A stretch of DNA of 63,968 bases, counting the filler, from Choristocarpus tenellus KU-1152 (taxonomy: Eukaryota > Protista > Phaeophyceae): assembly GCA_964200185.2 (NCBI GenBank). It is 12 parts of 12 records of this genome, joined end to end, with 100 filler letters (N's around TTAATTAATTAA, not from the genome) between each part and the next. Parts side by side here need not be neighbours in the genome. Positions count along the whole stretch, not along the records: positions 5,514 to 16,686 come from CAXNAD020002466.1; positions 16,787 to 19,779 come from CAXNAD020023071.1; positions 19,880 to 24,143 come from CAXNAD020015413.1; positions 24,244 to 31,103 come from CAXNAD020007200.1; 8 more parts are not named here. The stretch is one strand, 5' to 3'. Below the pieces are notes generated by a model that saw only the letters and a list, made by a program, of their open reading frames with translations, was not told where the DNA came from and ran no database searches. Position 1 is the first letter of the stretch. Each line of letters starts with the position of its first letter. Positions 12,901-25,060 of this stretch are shown one piece after another. The position numbers and the translations under genes are program-made.

Positions 12901-14270
12901 CTTTTTACCTCTGGAATTCATATTGTCCAAGGTGAGAATTTGGTCCTTGACATTGTCGATCTCTCTGTGTGCACAAGAAAGGTCAACAATTTCTTCATCC
13001 AGAACATTTTTCATCTCTCGGACTGATGGTGAATTCAGTAAAAGGTACACAATTCATTAATCCTTTCAATGCTTTGTCTGTAGGACTGATTGTGGATTTA
13101 CTTCAACGGGAATAAAAAATCCATATTCCTTTACGTTTTAAGTCTGTAAGAATGGTGGTGAATTGGAAGGTCAAGAGTTTCTTGTCATCCTCCACATTTT
13201 CGATGTCTAAGGATGATGCCGATATTTTCCAACGGCGAACGAAATCATCATCCCTCGCATATTTCATCTTCACCACTTATAATGAAAAAAGTCCAAGGTC
13301 AACAATTCTACATTCTTTATAAAGGTAATGTTTGTCAGATTGTGAATTTGGTCCAAGGTGAAAATTCTTCGATGTACTAAATTTTCTGTCTCTATGAATT
13401 ATAGTGAACCCACTTTGAGGTGATGATTTATGTGTGGAGCCTTTACATTTTCGATCTTTGCGACCTAAAATGAACTTACTCGGAGGAGAACAATTTCTTC
13501 ATCCTTTTAAAAATTAATCTCTGATCATTGTGGTTAATACATTGCAAGACAATGAATTTTGAAACTGCACTTCTTAGGTCGTAAGGGCTGATAGTGAATT
13601 TAGTCCGCGATACACTAAATTTCATCATGGGCATCATGAAGTAAAGGTCATGTTCACCCATTCGTTTATTGTGCCCTTTTTCCCATTTTGTGGGATGTAC
13701 ATCAGGGAGAGTGTGTCCGCTGGCAGTCCAGCCGCTGCCTCCTTTACGAAGACGTTTGCGGCCTATGTCTAACCAGTTATGATCTTGAGGCATGTCGTCT
13801 CCCAACATTTGCAGCCCTTCCTGTCCCACCAGAACATCCCGGTACACGAGACGGAAGTATTCTTCTCTGAGGGTTGACCACATCTGTCAATAGACGGACA
13901 GGAAGAAATTGTTACAGGTCTTAGCGAGACGAGGTAAGATGATTCAGTCGTGATCTTACGAGCATCCGCGGGTCTATAGACGGGTCATAAGAGTTGCCAC
14001 AGGCTGAGCGGTGGCAAGAACAAAGTTTACCCTCTGAATGGACGACGCAAGCTATAGTGAAGGTACATGGAAACGAGCGAAAGGTTGAAAATGCGCTCAC
14101 CTTTAGCTTAAACTGGTTGTTGAAGGCCATCTTCTGCTTGAGTATGTGAAAGGCCGTATCAGGATCGAGCACCCAGAGAAGAGTAAAGTAATGGACGCCT
14201 CGGTGGTCGAATGCAGACTGCAGGGCGATTCGGAAGACGAGAGCGGGTGAAGGCGGGACCAAGTTAATAA
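9957..14270 (-). pseudogene. Large multi-exon decayed gene of unknown family (middle and C-terminal part)
   Basis: Chain of same-strand coding-like segments with GT/AG boundaries: ~14100-14270, 13640-13885, 13135-13280, 12910-13025, 12380-12800, 12110-12230, 11710-11900 and 9957-11500. Parts are homologous to 6500-6978 (+) and 44030-44640 (+). In-frame stops and frameshifts are present. Confidence 0.6.
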
Positions 14271-14570
14271 TGAGAAAAGGTGCGGAACAATACAACAATA
14301 AATGAATCAAATTGTGAACTTTAATCACAAAAAACAGGGACTTCAAAGCGGCAATAGCGTAATGTTTGAAATGTTTCTGTGCCGATGTTTGTTACAAAAC
14401 TCCCGTTTGATGTGCTCTCGTTCTTCCGTTTCCAGACCTCCATGAGTAGGTCTTCAACTCCCCTTTTTCTGAGTTAGAGCAGGGTGTTGTAGTATTAGTA
14501 TAGGGACGCGTTTGCTTCGCTTCTGCGTCGGAGAATTACGATTTGTACGGTAAGAAATTGGGTGTAAGAG

Positions 14571-15496
14571 TCACTGAAGGAGAGTTAGGGAGGGAGCAGC
14601 ACAAGCATCATTCTCACCTTCGCTGGCACAGTTGTACACACAGGTTGCCACAGCGCTGAAGAATTCACTCCTGTCCTGTTTTCTCTTTATCCCATAGTCT
14701 CGAGTCGTTCTTATCCACGCCTCATCGAGGAAAGTTTCAATTTTTTTCGCCACAGTTTTTGTGACTGTGGGTTGAAAGTTTGCCTTTTCCTTCCAACTGA
14801 AATCTATGTTCCCCATGTCATATTGATTACATATTTCCACCAACTCTTCGCGTCTCGGCCCCTCGTCAGAGATGTCATTGCCCCTCTCAATACAGGGGTG
14901 TGCCTCGTCCTGTCCATAATCGACTTCACTGTACTCTATCATTGCCCGAACCCAATCGACCATCCTGTGGAATATGTCACCTACGCCGGGTATGTGCCCT
15001 TGGCTTGACATCACCCCCTCTCTGATCGAAATCAGCTGAGCCGTTTCCTTCTCGTTACTTGGGTACATCTTCCAACCATACCTGGTGTCATAGTCGAGCG
15101 TAAGAGGCCTGAGTACGCTGTTGGCGAAATCGCTCGTCACCAAATCGTTTATCTTCCCAAACTTGGACGACACCTTCCGGTTTTTGGCTCGTCTCGAAAG
15201 AGCCCTCAACTCCATCGCGCGTGTTGGCCATTGAGACAAAATATCAGGTTCTCGTCGTCATTGACACCCTTTAAGCTACCGTCCGGATTGTGGGTCAAGG
15301 ACCCGTTGGCGATGTACTCGCCGAGCATGTGATCGACGGGGCAGTTCTCGGTAGCCCCGCCTGCCCACATGGAGCTCTTGAATTCTTCGTAGTTTTTCCA
15401 CCTTGAGCAGAAGGAAAATTGTTGGCTGCCAATGATGCTGCGGACCAATCGGCCGGAGTTCACAAGCATGAGCAATTGTGCGAAGGTGATATGCAA
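14571..15496 (-). pseudogene. Frameshifted exon with a DGQHR-like (ParB/DndB-fold) motif; probable 5' part of the 9957-14270 gene
   Basis: ORFs 15206-15496 and 14571-15239 overlap. Adding one base at ~15221 gives LIFCLNGQHRAMELRAL. Confidence 0.5.
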
Positions 15497-15623
15497 AGTA
15501 GTTATGTGAACTGTCCTCTCTCCGTCTATCGCTTTTGTGGCGTTGGAACTGGAGAGTCGAGCGAGGGGGTCGGACGTAGGGAAGGAGGGTGAGAGAGGAA
15601 AATGTTAGTGAACACCATTTGTT

Positions 15624-15920
15624 GTGTAAGACCAAAAGATGACCAACTTCCTAAAACTCTAATCAAGCAATGGACCAATCAATCTTTTGGACTTCGTAGT
15701 ATTACACGTTCCAAAAGTGTAAGACCAAACGATGGACCAACTTCCGAAAACTCTAATCAACCAATGGACCAATCTTTTGGACTTCGTAGTATTACACGTT
15801 CCAAAAGCGTAAGACCAAACGATGGACCAACTTCTTAAAACTCTAATCAACCAATGGACCAATCTTTTGGACTTCGTAGTATTACACGTTCCAAAAGTGT
15901 AAGACCAAAAGATGGATCAA
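15624..15920 (+). repeat. 3.3 x 90-bp tandem array; each unit has a stem-loop with TAGTATTAC at the apex
   Basis: CTTTTGGActtCG-TAGTATTAC-ACGtTCCAAAAG at 15684-15717, 15774-15807 and 15864-15897. Period is exactly 90. Confidence 0.95.
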
Positions 15921-17149
15921 TTTTTTACACAATTTTATTAAGGTTCACCTTAATACGATTTGTACTAAAATGTGTTTTTCAAGCATCTGGATGTAGGAAT
16001 AAATGTCTCGGTAGAAAAATGTTAGTAGTAGAATATGGTCCATTTTAGGATTCTTGCTAAAGTTGAGTAGACGAAGTTGAATATGAATATCCTAAAATTC
16101 AATGTATTCCTACAAAATGAAAGCATTGCATTCTTCCATTAACCAAGGAACAATACGCGTATCTTCTCTTCTAATCAAAAATAAAGAAAAAATAACATGC
16201 GTTGTAAACTTCTGGTAACATTCCGGTAGAGGCAGGAACGAACCGGGGTGTGGGTGGGGTGACGAAATCTTTGAGCTGATATTTTCGATACATATAGACA
16301 AAGTCGTCTCCGTGAACTTGGGATACGACTTAGGAAATTGCGGTTGTTCAAGGAGGGGGAGTGAAATAAGGACACAACGAAGATTTTTTGAAGGCAAGGG
16401 TGTGCAGCGCCGTCGTTGGTATTTGTGCACATATGACGGGGCAAAAAATCATCGCATCGATTCAAAGAAATGCACGTGACGAAGTGGTGTACGATCGATT
16501 ACTGTACATTGTTAACGCTATATCAATTTTTTCAAGTGGCGCACGTAGTCGTTGCAGATAGCGGGGTGATGCAATTGGAAGGGAGGCAACGTACGGCGAT
16601 GCAGATCAACACATAAAATTGTAAGAGGAGGCCAGCAATAGGCAGTTTTGTGGAGCATTCGTACATAGTTCTTCGGAGGAGGGGGCNNNNNNNNNNNNNN
16701 NNNNNNNNNNNNNNNNNNNNNNNNNNNNNNTTAATTAATTAANNNNNNNNNNNNNNNNNNNNNNNNNNNNNNNNNNNNNNNNNNNNATGGTGAAGCCTAT
16801 CCCCCCCTCATGCCCTGCCCATATTGAGACGGGGGCTGCCACGTATGTAATGCGATGGAATTCATATATACTTTGCAATGTGCAACAGCACCAAGAACAA
16901 GGTGGATGTAAGAGAGGTTCAACAGGTAGGATTCCACCCAAAGACTGCACCAGTTAGTTATAGTAGCAGAATTGTATAGCTACACATGCATTGAGAAACG
17001 GATAAAAATAGTTGTAACGAGTGTTAATACCTCATTTCATAATGCTACTGTTGACAACTGCTAGTCAGAACCTGGGCATTGGCTTGGTTCCACCTTGGGA
17101 CCATTGTCTGCCTCCTGTGCCCCGTTCTCGTTCTCTACCATGCCAAGAA

Positions 17150-18330
17150 CTCCCAACTCCACCTGACTCCAAATCACCTTGTGGAATCTTGCAAAGGAAT
17201 TTGGTTCTGGGGCCAAGGCAAGTGCCAAGGACCCGCTTCCACTTAAAAACCCTCTGGGCTGCCTGTTCTCACCTCAACGGTACTAGTCAAGATTCCTCTC
17301 TGTACCGAACCGGTTTCATCAAATCAAGCTTGCACACTGGCATTCAAAATCTTTTGCTTCCACCTGTTAAGGGCGATGGCTTTGGAGGCACTGCAGGCTT
17401 GCACTGCATTCTCGAGCCCCGCTCGTAAATCGCACTATGTGGTGGTAGATGGAGGGTAATTCGAGACAATGTTGTGCATATATCGCCCTCAGGCATCTTT
17501 TGTAGTTTCCGTGATGGACTCGAGTAATTCTTTCACTAGACCCATTGCCCGTGTGTGTTACTACAGAACGAGGTAAAAAAAAACTGAGATGGGAGATTGG
17601 AAAGAAAGGTTGAAGATTCAAAGAGGTTTATAAAACAAAAAGGAGCAACAAAAAGGACACATGACAATAACGTAGTTGGTGACATTGACACAACTTCAAA
17701 TGTAAAGCGAGAAGGAGCAGTGTGTGTGTGGGTGTAAATGTGAAGTATCGAAAGATATGTATGAAGCATTTATATTCTATGTATAGTGCAGGTTTGTTTA
17801 AGTTTTGAATGAAGACTTCTACCCTTTATTTATCCTACAAACACTTCCACGTTCTGCTTTACGTTCCTACACCAACAGCTTACCTCTCACTCGAGTGTCG
17901 ACATGGTTGATGCTGGGCTATCAATGTTCCTGTGAAGAGTGGTATCAGGTTGTACAGGTTCACCATAAAATAGGTGGACCACCAACGAGTCTGTATATCC
18001 TGCATGGTTCTCTTAGGTCCAATCCTCGACATCCTGCACATCTCCAACAACTGTTGTTTAAGGTGACTGGCCTTTGGAATAGGCTCCAACAGCTGCCCGA
18101 GCTGATTTCATGGCATCCTTGACCCCCGCCCGCCCTGTTGAAGGCTGCACTAGCCACACACACTCCAAATGGCGGTCTATGTAGCGGTGGGTTGTGATAT
18201 GGTGGTCTTTCTCCAGCTAATGATCCATCTTCAACATTAATGAATTGCCATCATCCTGCAGACACACGCTGAATGGCATATCCGGCAAAAGAGTCAGCGT
18301 CATACTCATGTAGGAATCCACCCTTGCCGT
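17150..18330 (-). mobile_element. hAT transposase remnant
   Basis: Motifs in the expected order on the minus strand: IDRHLECV (CxxHxL-like), PKRTMQDIQTRWWSTYFM (DxxTRWxST), QKMPEGD..TLS and GTCLGPRTK (ATxLDPRxK-like). Frameshifted. Confidence 0.75.
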
Positions 18331-18787
18331 CTTAGAAGTACCTGGGTACACTCATGACTCTTGCAGTCCTAGAAGTATTTATGGAGCTTGTGTGGTTGGT
18401 TGTGCCCCTGTCATGTTCCTTGCTCTGTCCTCCAAACATTGTAGTGAAGAATAAAAATCTAAAAACTAGTGAATAATCGGTTGGAGATTTGCAGTTTCGA
18501 CTACGGTGTGATTTAATTGAATCAGACCGATTCAACAACTACAGTCCACAACATTATATAGGATCATAATAGTACATTGAAATTTTTTGGGCTGACCCAA
18601 CTTTTACTCATAGATGGTTCGATTGACAGCACTGTTTCACTTCTGTCACTGAATTCTGTCCTCTTTTTGCCCTACTTAAAAAGTCCATCCTGAAGCACCA
18701 CGTTACCTAATCCACGCATCTTCCTCTGACTTGCTCACTGACAACCTTTCCTCACTCCTACCCCTGTCTCTCCTCCTCCTAAACAAG

Positions 18788-19195
18788 ACCCAGGAGTACA
18801 CTTGGGGTACCCCCCCTGACGTCCTAGGGCCCCCCTTTGACGTTGTGATTTGCTCAGATGTCCTGTTTGACCCTGCAGAGTGGGATGCCCTAGAACAATC
18901 ATTTAGGCTCCTGGGTGCGGCTGCAGGCGTCCCTGTCTTGCTTGCTCATCGACAACGGAACTTGCAGGAAGAGGGCTTCTTTTCCTACCTGGAAGCCAAG
19001 TCCTACCAATGCAGGAGGCTGGACATAGGTAGGGGTGCGAGTGCAGGCGTAGGTAGGAGGACAGACCACCTAGTCTCGGGAGCAGGCAAACAGTCTGTAT
19101 GGAGGGGAGTTTGTTCTGATGTGGTTCTGTATGAGCTTCGATGTTGTGGAACTAAGTTGTCCAACCCACCCACTGCGACTCTGTTTTTCACCTGA
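18788..19195 (+). CDS. Terminal exon of a Methyltransf_16 (METTL21/EEF1AKMT-like) protein methyltransferase
   Basis: Pyrimidine tract plus AG at 18787. EYTWG...FDVVICSDVLF...LLAHRQRN..EEGFF matches the WG / DxxxxxD[VC]x[YF] / A..R motifs of this family. Confidence 0.85.
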   Translation, partial: TQEYTWGTPPDVLGPPFDVVICSDVLFDPAEWDALEQSFRLLGAAAGVPVLLAHRQRNLQEEGFFSYLEAKSYQCRRLDIGRGASAGVGRRTDHLVSGAGKQSVWRGVCSDVVLYELRCCGTKLSNPPTATLFFT

Positions 19196-20365
19196 AACGG
19201 GGGCTGCCCCCAGGGTCCGATGTGTTCGCTAGCCCTTGCCATTTGTTGAAAGAAAAGATATCTTCCATCTAGGATATATTTTTTATGAATCCAGCACAGA
19301 ACACGATGTTCTTGCTTACATTGAAGCAAAGGTAAGAGAGGTACACTGCAATAACTTCAGGGCAGCAGAGGATTTAGTTGCACAAAAAGTTGGAGATTCA
19401 AATGACAAATTGCCATTATCAGGTTGGTAATTTGAACTTCATTCATGGCTCTCTGTGAATTATCTGTCCTAGAACCGATGATATGATTATCATCATACAG
19501 AATGCTACGATGATGAGTGAGCTCCGAAGGGAGGCAATACTCCATTGAGGTCTAAGTAAGACCTAGTTCGTAGCACAACGTTGATTACTCTTTCTTGTAC
19601 ACAACACACTACACGTGCTATCCTCCCAGCTGATTGAGACACCAGAAGAAGAGTAGTTTAGTACTCCAAAGTAATGTTTTTGTTTGAGTCAAACCAACTG
19701 AGGGGTAGAGAGGATTGGACTTTAAATAACTTGAGAAAGGGCAAAAAGGTGGGGCTCAAAGTGTCTGGGGGGGGGGAGANNNNNNNNNNNNNNNNNNNNN
19801 NNNNNNNNNNNNNNNNNNNNNNNTTAATTAATTAANNNNNNNNNNNNNNNNNNNNNNNNNNNNNNNNNNNNNNNNNNNNGGGGGCGTTGCCTTTTACAAC
19901 GAGTCGCTACTCGCCTGTAACACCACCACCGTGTATTCTCTGAACTTCCCTTGTTGACTGATACGCCAAATTTGGCTAATGTTAAGGATGCTACTACGGC
20001 AATGTCAAGGTTGTTGTCTATGTACCTCTGTTCAGGTGCTTGTCTGCCCACACTCTGTCACAGGAATTTGAACCCTGGTTGTAGCAGTGACATTTTCTTT
20101 GCAAGAAATTTGCCTTCAATGAGCTACTTGGGAAGTGCCTTGGGAAGGTTCACCTGTACCTTCCGTCTAAACTACCAAAAAGGGGTGGGACTGCTGAACC
20201 CAACACATAAGAAAAAACCAAGGCATGCACAAGGCAGTACAAGTAGTGGTGGTGCAAGACCAGTAATAGAACTACGTAGTAGTATTAGTTCGTAGGATAG
20301 AAGAAATGGTGCAGTGTGCACTACCATCTCACTAGAGGTTAAGGAGCTAGAAAAAATAAAAAAGA

Positions 20366-20623
20366 GAGTCAAAATACCTTAGAGGGTAGAGCCGCGTCCA
20401 TTTGCGGGCCAAAATTCAGTGTTGCAATTTTGACGTAATTTCTGCTATCATGTTTGTTAGGAGATGTCAATATCCTTGTTCCAGACATACCTTTTGATAG
20501 CATACGCATTTTACCTAATCCGAAACATTTGGAGTAGGTAACATGTCATTAAACGTCCGTGGGAAGCCAAGCCCCAAATGGACAAACAGAGGAAAACTCG
20601 TACGCTCTAAGATACTTTCACTC
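20366..20623 (+). mobile_element. ~260-bp MITE (Sola2-like)
   Basis: Both TIRs present; perfect 4-bp TSD AAGA. Confidence 0.92.
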
Positions 20624-21358
20624 AAGAGAAGAAAGAAAGGAAAGGAACCTGCTGGGGAAAAAACACCATCACCCATAAACACATAAGAGGAAGAGAAGAA
20701 AGAAAACCAACAAAGAGTTCAAGAGAATAAGGTCACACAAATCCAGCAGACAGTGATGGTGTTGGTGTTGGTGACTTGGGCGACCTTAGCTGCTGCTTTG
20801 GTATGACATAAATTAGGTATCATACCTTCCTTGGAATGCCATTCAGTCATAAACCTCATTATGCTGTTATCCACACATTCTACCACTCCTGTTGGCCAGT
20901 GAATCCCGTGCTCCAATCCCAGACTTGTCGAGGTCATCTTGGAGACATGTCCACCTCCTCTCTTCCTGTCCACCTTACTTCCGTTTCCTATTGCAAGCTC
21001 CCTAAGCATCAATACCTTCAAAAGTCACTCATCCCCCATGCGAGCAATTGACCTAGCAAATAGGAGCCTCTGCTTGCGTACTGTTGCCTAAATGCTCTCT
21101 CTCCCAGTCTTCGTAGGAGCATCTTTGTTGGATAGGATATGATCGGTTTGTTCCTTTTTGCCAGGTGGGGGTGCTGTACTGCAGGGGGACCTATCCCTGA
21201 GTTGAACCCCCACTGTCCCTTCTTGCTCAAGCGAGTCGCCAAGGATACCATCAAACAAACTAGCTGACGCAATATCAGTGCTTCCCCCTGATGTCCGACT
21301 TGGAATAATATCTATCTCTCTTGGGTCAGTGGTATTTACCCTTCTCATTCTTGTCTCT

Positions 21359-21608
21359 GAGTGGAAAGTATCTTAGAGCGTACGAGTTTTACCCTGTTTG
21401 TCCATTTGGGGCTTGACTTCCCACGGGTTTTTTTGTGACATCTTACCTAATCCAAAATGTTTCGGTTTCGGAGTAGGTAAATAAAGTGTTTACGTTATGA
21501 AAAGGTGTGTCCGCAACAAACACGATAGTCAAAATTACAACAAAATCGTAACATTGGATTTTGACCCCCAAAACGGGCGCGGCTCTACCCTCTAAGGTAC
21601 TTTGACTC
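21359..21608 (-). mobile_element. ~260-bp MITE (Sola2-like)
   Basis: Both TIRs present; perfect 4-bp TSD CTCT. Confidence 0.92.
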
Positions 21609-22734
21609 CTCTCTTCTTCTTGACTTTAGTCCCTTCTTTTACTGGTATGTCCACGATACCTGGTGGTTCCCTTTAGATTGTCGGTGTGAGTACTACTGTT
21701 GTGAGGCAGGGTCCAACCAGTCGTGTGAAGGTTCAGAAGTACCAGTTGTGCCAGCATGGGGTTGCTTTTATCAAAACCCAAAGTGTTCACAGCCATCAAA
21801 TATTGGGATGAAGCCTGAGTTGAAACTAAGGTCCAGTGGGTGATGTTATACCCTTGTGACCGGCAATGGCAAGTGGTCTGGGAATCAATTCTCTGGACCT
21901 CTCTGTGTTTGACGTTTGATGTGAACGTCATCAATCACAAAGAAACGTGGGCGCAATGCACTTTTGTGTGCGCGTGGAAGTGGATTGAACTGAGATCAGG
22001 TCACAACGGGACTCGTCCGTCACACTACTACTGTTGTTGCACTATTAATACAAGTAGTTTTCCTGGTGGTCGCTCCATCAGTTTTCTTGCTGGTCACCTG
22101 TCGGTGCATCTTCGTCGGTGTATCTTCTCCAACAAGACGTCAGATCTTTGCTCTCCCTTTCCTGGTTTTGGAGGAAGATAGTAAGAATGTCAAGGTATAG
22201 GTATACCTGCTAGGTGAATTTCACACACAGTCGATTGAAGTCAAATTTCCTAGAAAATCTGATCATAACCGAGGTTCGAACCTGGACATTCCGTTAAGTC
22301 AACGTAGTCGGACTGATATCGTAAGACTAGTGTGTGATCAGAGAATAAAGGTGATAAAATAGAACTTTCGTTTCTACAATTGACATTGTATGCCTTTCAA
22401 AAAAACACACTCTTCTCTATGAGTATAGTGGTAGTGTCGCTTTGTCCTCAGATACACATGTAATGCACCTGTGTCGGTGACAAATAGGTGGGTCAACCCT
22501 GGATTGTCATGGAAACAATGGGTATGGAGTGCGGGGGTGAGGTAAGATCGTGGTCATTGTTGTTTGAAATTTGAATTGTTGTCATATCCATATGAGACAA
22601 TCTCCCTAGCTTTGTAACTCTGGTGATTCTGTGCTTGAAGTGCACTCAAATACTTCGTTCACTGGTTGTTGCCCATGAACTAACAGGTCTGGTTTGACAT
22701 CTCGGGTCACGTGTGAAGGGGGTAGCCAAAAATT

Positions 22735-23550
22735 ATGAGCAAGAAGGGGGATTCGGACAAAGGAAAGTTACGGTAAGAGAGATCCACTTCACTTCAAAGA
22801 ACATTCCAGACTTCAACAGATTCGAGAAGGCTCGTAGGCAAGATCAACATAGGTCCTCCTCTGTTAACCACCAACGACTGACTGACTGAGATGAAAGTAG
22901 CCTTGGTCATGTCTGTGTCTCAGAGGAATGTTTTGTATTTGTGCTTCACACCACTCATGCGCAGTGATATTGTTCCTACAGGGTCTCTCGGATGGAGCTT
23001 CAAGCATACAATATCGAGAACGACTCAAGAAGATGCTCTTAGAGTTCAAATTTTAGTCCGTGCTTTATATGCACTAACTTCATTCCATCGCTTCCCTGTA
23101 TACCCGAATGCATTCGATTTCTTAATCCCTTGCCTGTTCTTGTGTATCGGGGCAGGTGGAAGGTGGACTTCGAGAAGAATGTGGTGGTGTCCAACTTCGA
23201 GGTGAATGGATAATTGTAATTTTGTTTTGGATTCCTTGCCCCCTGCCGGTCTGGATATCCCTTTGGGGATATCCAGAGCCACCATATGCAGACCAATCCC
23301 GTAGTCCTGAGAATTTTGCGGATAGCAGGCGTAGATCCCCTGAAGAACGTCCTTCGCCTTCCTGTAAAACTCTTGACTCAAACGCGCAAAACGCCACCAA
23401 CTCGCTGTATCCCCTTGTGGCCGTACTTGTATTGCAGCGAAGGGGCTGGGCTAAGACAGATGGTGATGACTGGAACGTTTACTGGGCAAATGTGTACAGT
23501 GTGAAACAGCTCTTTAACCCTGACAGCGGCTACCGCCTTGGCGATGACCA
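22735..23550 (+). CDS. TTLL1: Tubulin polyglutamylase TTLL1, first three exons (partial gene)
   Basis: Exons 22735-22772, 23156-23201 and 23438-23550 have GT-AG introns and compatible phases. They splice to MSKKGDSDKGKLRWKVDFEKNVVVSNFERRGWAKTDGDDWNVYWANVYSVKQLFNPDSGYRLGDDQ, matching the TTLL1 N-terminus. Confidence 0.93.
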
Positions 23551-24555
23551 GTAAGATGAATATCCTATCATGAGACCTTCATCACTGAAAATAGACCACA
23601 GAAAATGCCTGCACAAGCCCTAGAGTCCTTGGTGCCTTGGATATTTTTGAAAATGTGTTAGAATCCAGACAAGAGGGAAAGAAATCCTCACCCCAGCCTT
23701 CTCCTCTGACCCCACTTCTGCCACTATCTTCTCCCACAACATATTTCAGCCCACCCACCCACCCCCATACACACACACATTGACACACATCTGTGCTTGG
23801 ATGCAATAATTCTTGCACACCTCCTGTGGTAAGAGTAATATCAAGCCGGTACCCGGCTCAACCTGCACTGGCCTTGTTTTACTCTTATCTCTGTTCATCT
23901 TTATGATTGTAAGATATTTTGTGGTGGTATGGCGGTGTGGTTGTTGTGATGTTTCAGTCTTTTTTGAAATCTATCCATGATCGCTAGTAGCAAATGCTTT
24001 AGAGTACTGCATTTGTTGTTTGCTGTCATTTTGTGTCATGAGTTCTCACCTTGAGTCAATAAGGTGTGGTGAGAGTAGCAAGATACTACAGTTAAGTGTG
24101 CAGAGTAGGCCAAGGTCTTGGCTCAAAGTATCTGGGAGGGGGGNNNNNNNNNNNNNNNNNNNNNNNNNNNNNNNNNNNNNNNNNNNNTTAATTAATTAAN
24201 NNNNNNNNNNNNNNNNNNNNNNNNNNNNNNNNNNNNNNNNNNNCCCCCCAAGATACTTTGACCCATAATTTGAATTTTTGAGGGTGTTGGGTTCTGTCAG
24301 ACGGAACTGAAACGATATCACGCATATTGAAGTTTATCGCTGGTGGAGAGGTTGTTGAAATGAGCCCTAATCTTGCACTGTGTTGCGGACGTGTGCACGC
24401 TTTGTTAACAATTTATGGGATGTCGTAGTCCCTTCACTCAAGTGATGATGATGATACCTGTTGTTTGCTCGTTTTGTTGTAACACCGTCATGTGTGAACC
24501 TGTTGTGTTTTCTGCACGACTACTACTACTACTACTACTACTACTCTTAATATAA

Positions 24556-25060
24556 TTTTATTATTATACCCTCTGACATTTTGCAGATGTGTCAGGGAAA
24601 AGCCAACGAAAACTATTCACATGTCAGAAAAACCCATAAAAAAATAACTGTTGTAGTAGATGTGAAAGACATTAACCTATTTTCTACTTTACTACCAGCT
24701 ATGCTGCACCACTGCCTTCCTGTGCCCCCAACCGAGCTTAGTCCTGCACCTCAGGGTGAGGAGCAAGGGAAGTATCCCAAAAATCAAACAAGCTCCTCCT
24801 TTCCCATCTCCCTGGTGTCTCCAGCATAAAACTAGGATGACACGTCTAGATAGGGCTACTTGTGTTGTGACTGAGACTATTTGGCGTAGACTGGATTTGG
24901 CAGCCACTTTTCTGGTGTAGCCTCCAGCCACTCTCCCCCCTACCCCGTGCGTAGGTAGCTGGCTCATCCAGAAAACTTTCCGCTTGCTTACCGAGGAACC
25001 CAAATCTTTCCACCGCGAAGGTGTTAAGGTTATAACTACGATGATCAAAAGATCCCTCGT
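24556..25060 (-). mobile_element. 3' end of an RLE-type non-LTR retrotransposon with terminal hairpin and (TAA)n tail
   Basis: LRQIVSVTTQVALSRRV is identical to the copy at 48431-48970. Ends in CCCTGACACATCTGCAAAATGTCAGAGGG-TATAATAATAAAA. Confidence 0.75.

Noticed and set aside
20366-21608. Two oppositely oriented MITEs as a composite transposon
   Set aside because: Each copy has its own 4-bp TSD, so they are independent insertions.
22268-22330. tRNA B-box-like GGTTCGAACC (also ~27594-27603)
   Set aside because: No cloverleaf can be built. At most these are decayed SINE heads.
22503-22516. X-box-like ATTGTCATGGAAAC upstream of the ciliary gene TTLL1
   Set aside because: Imperfect single match, and RFX factors are not expected in the inferred stramenopile host.
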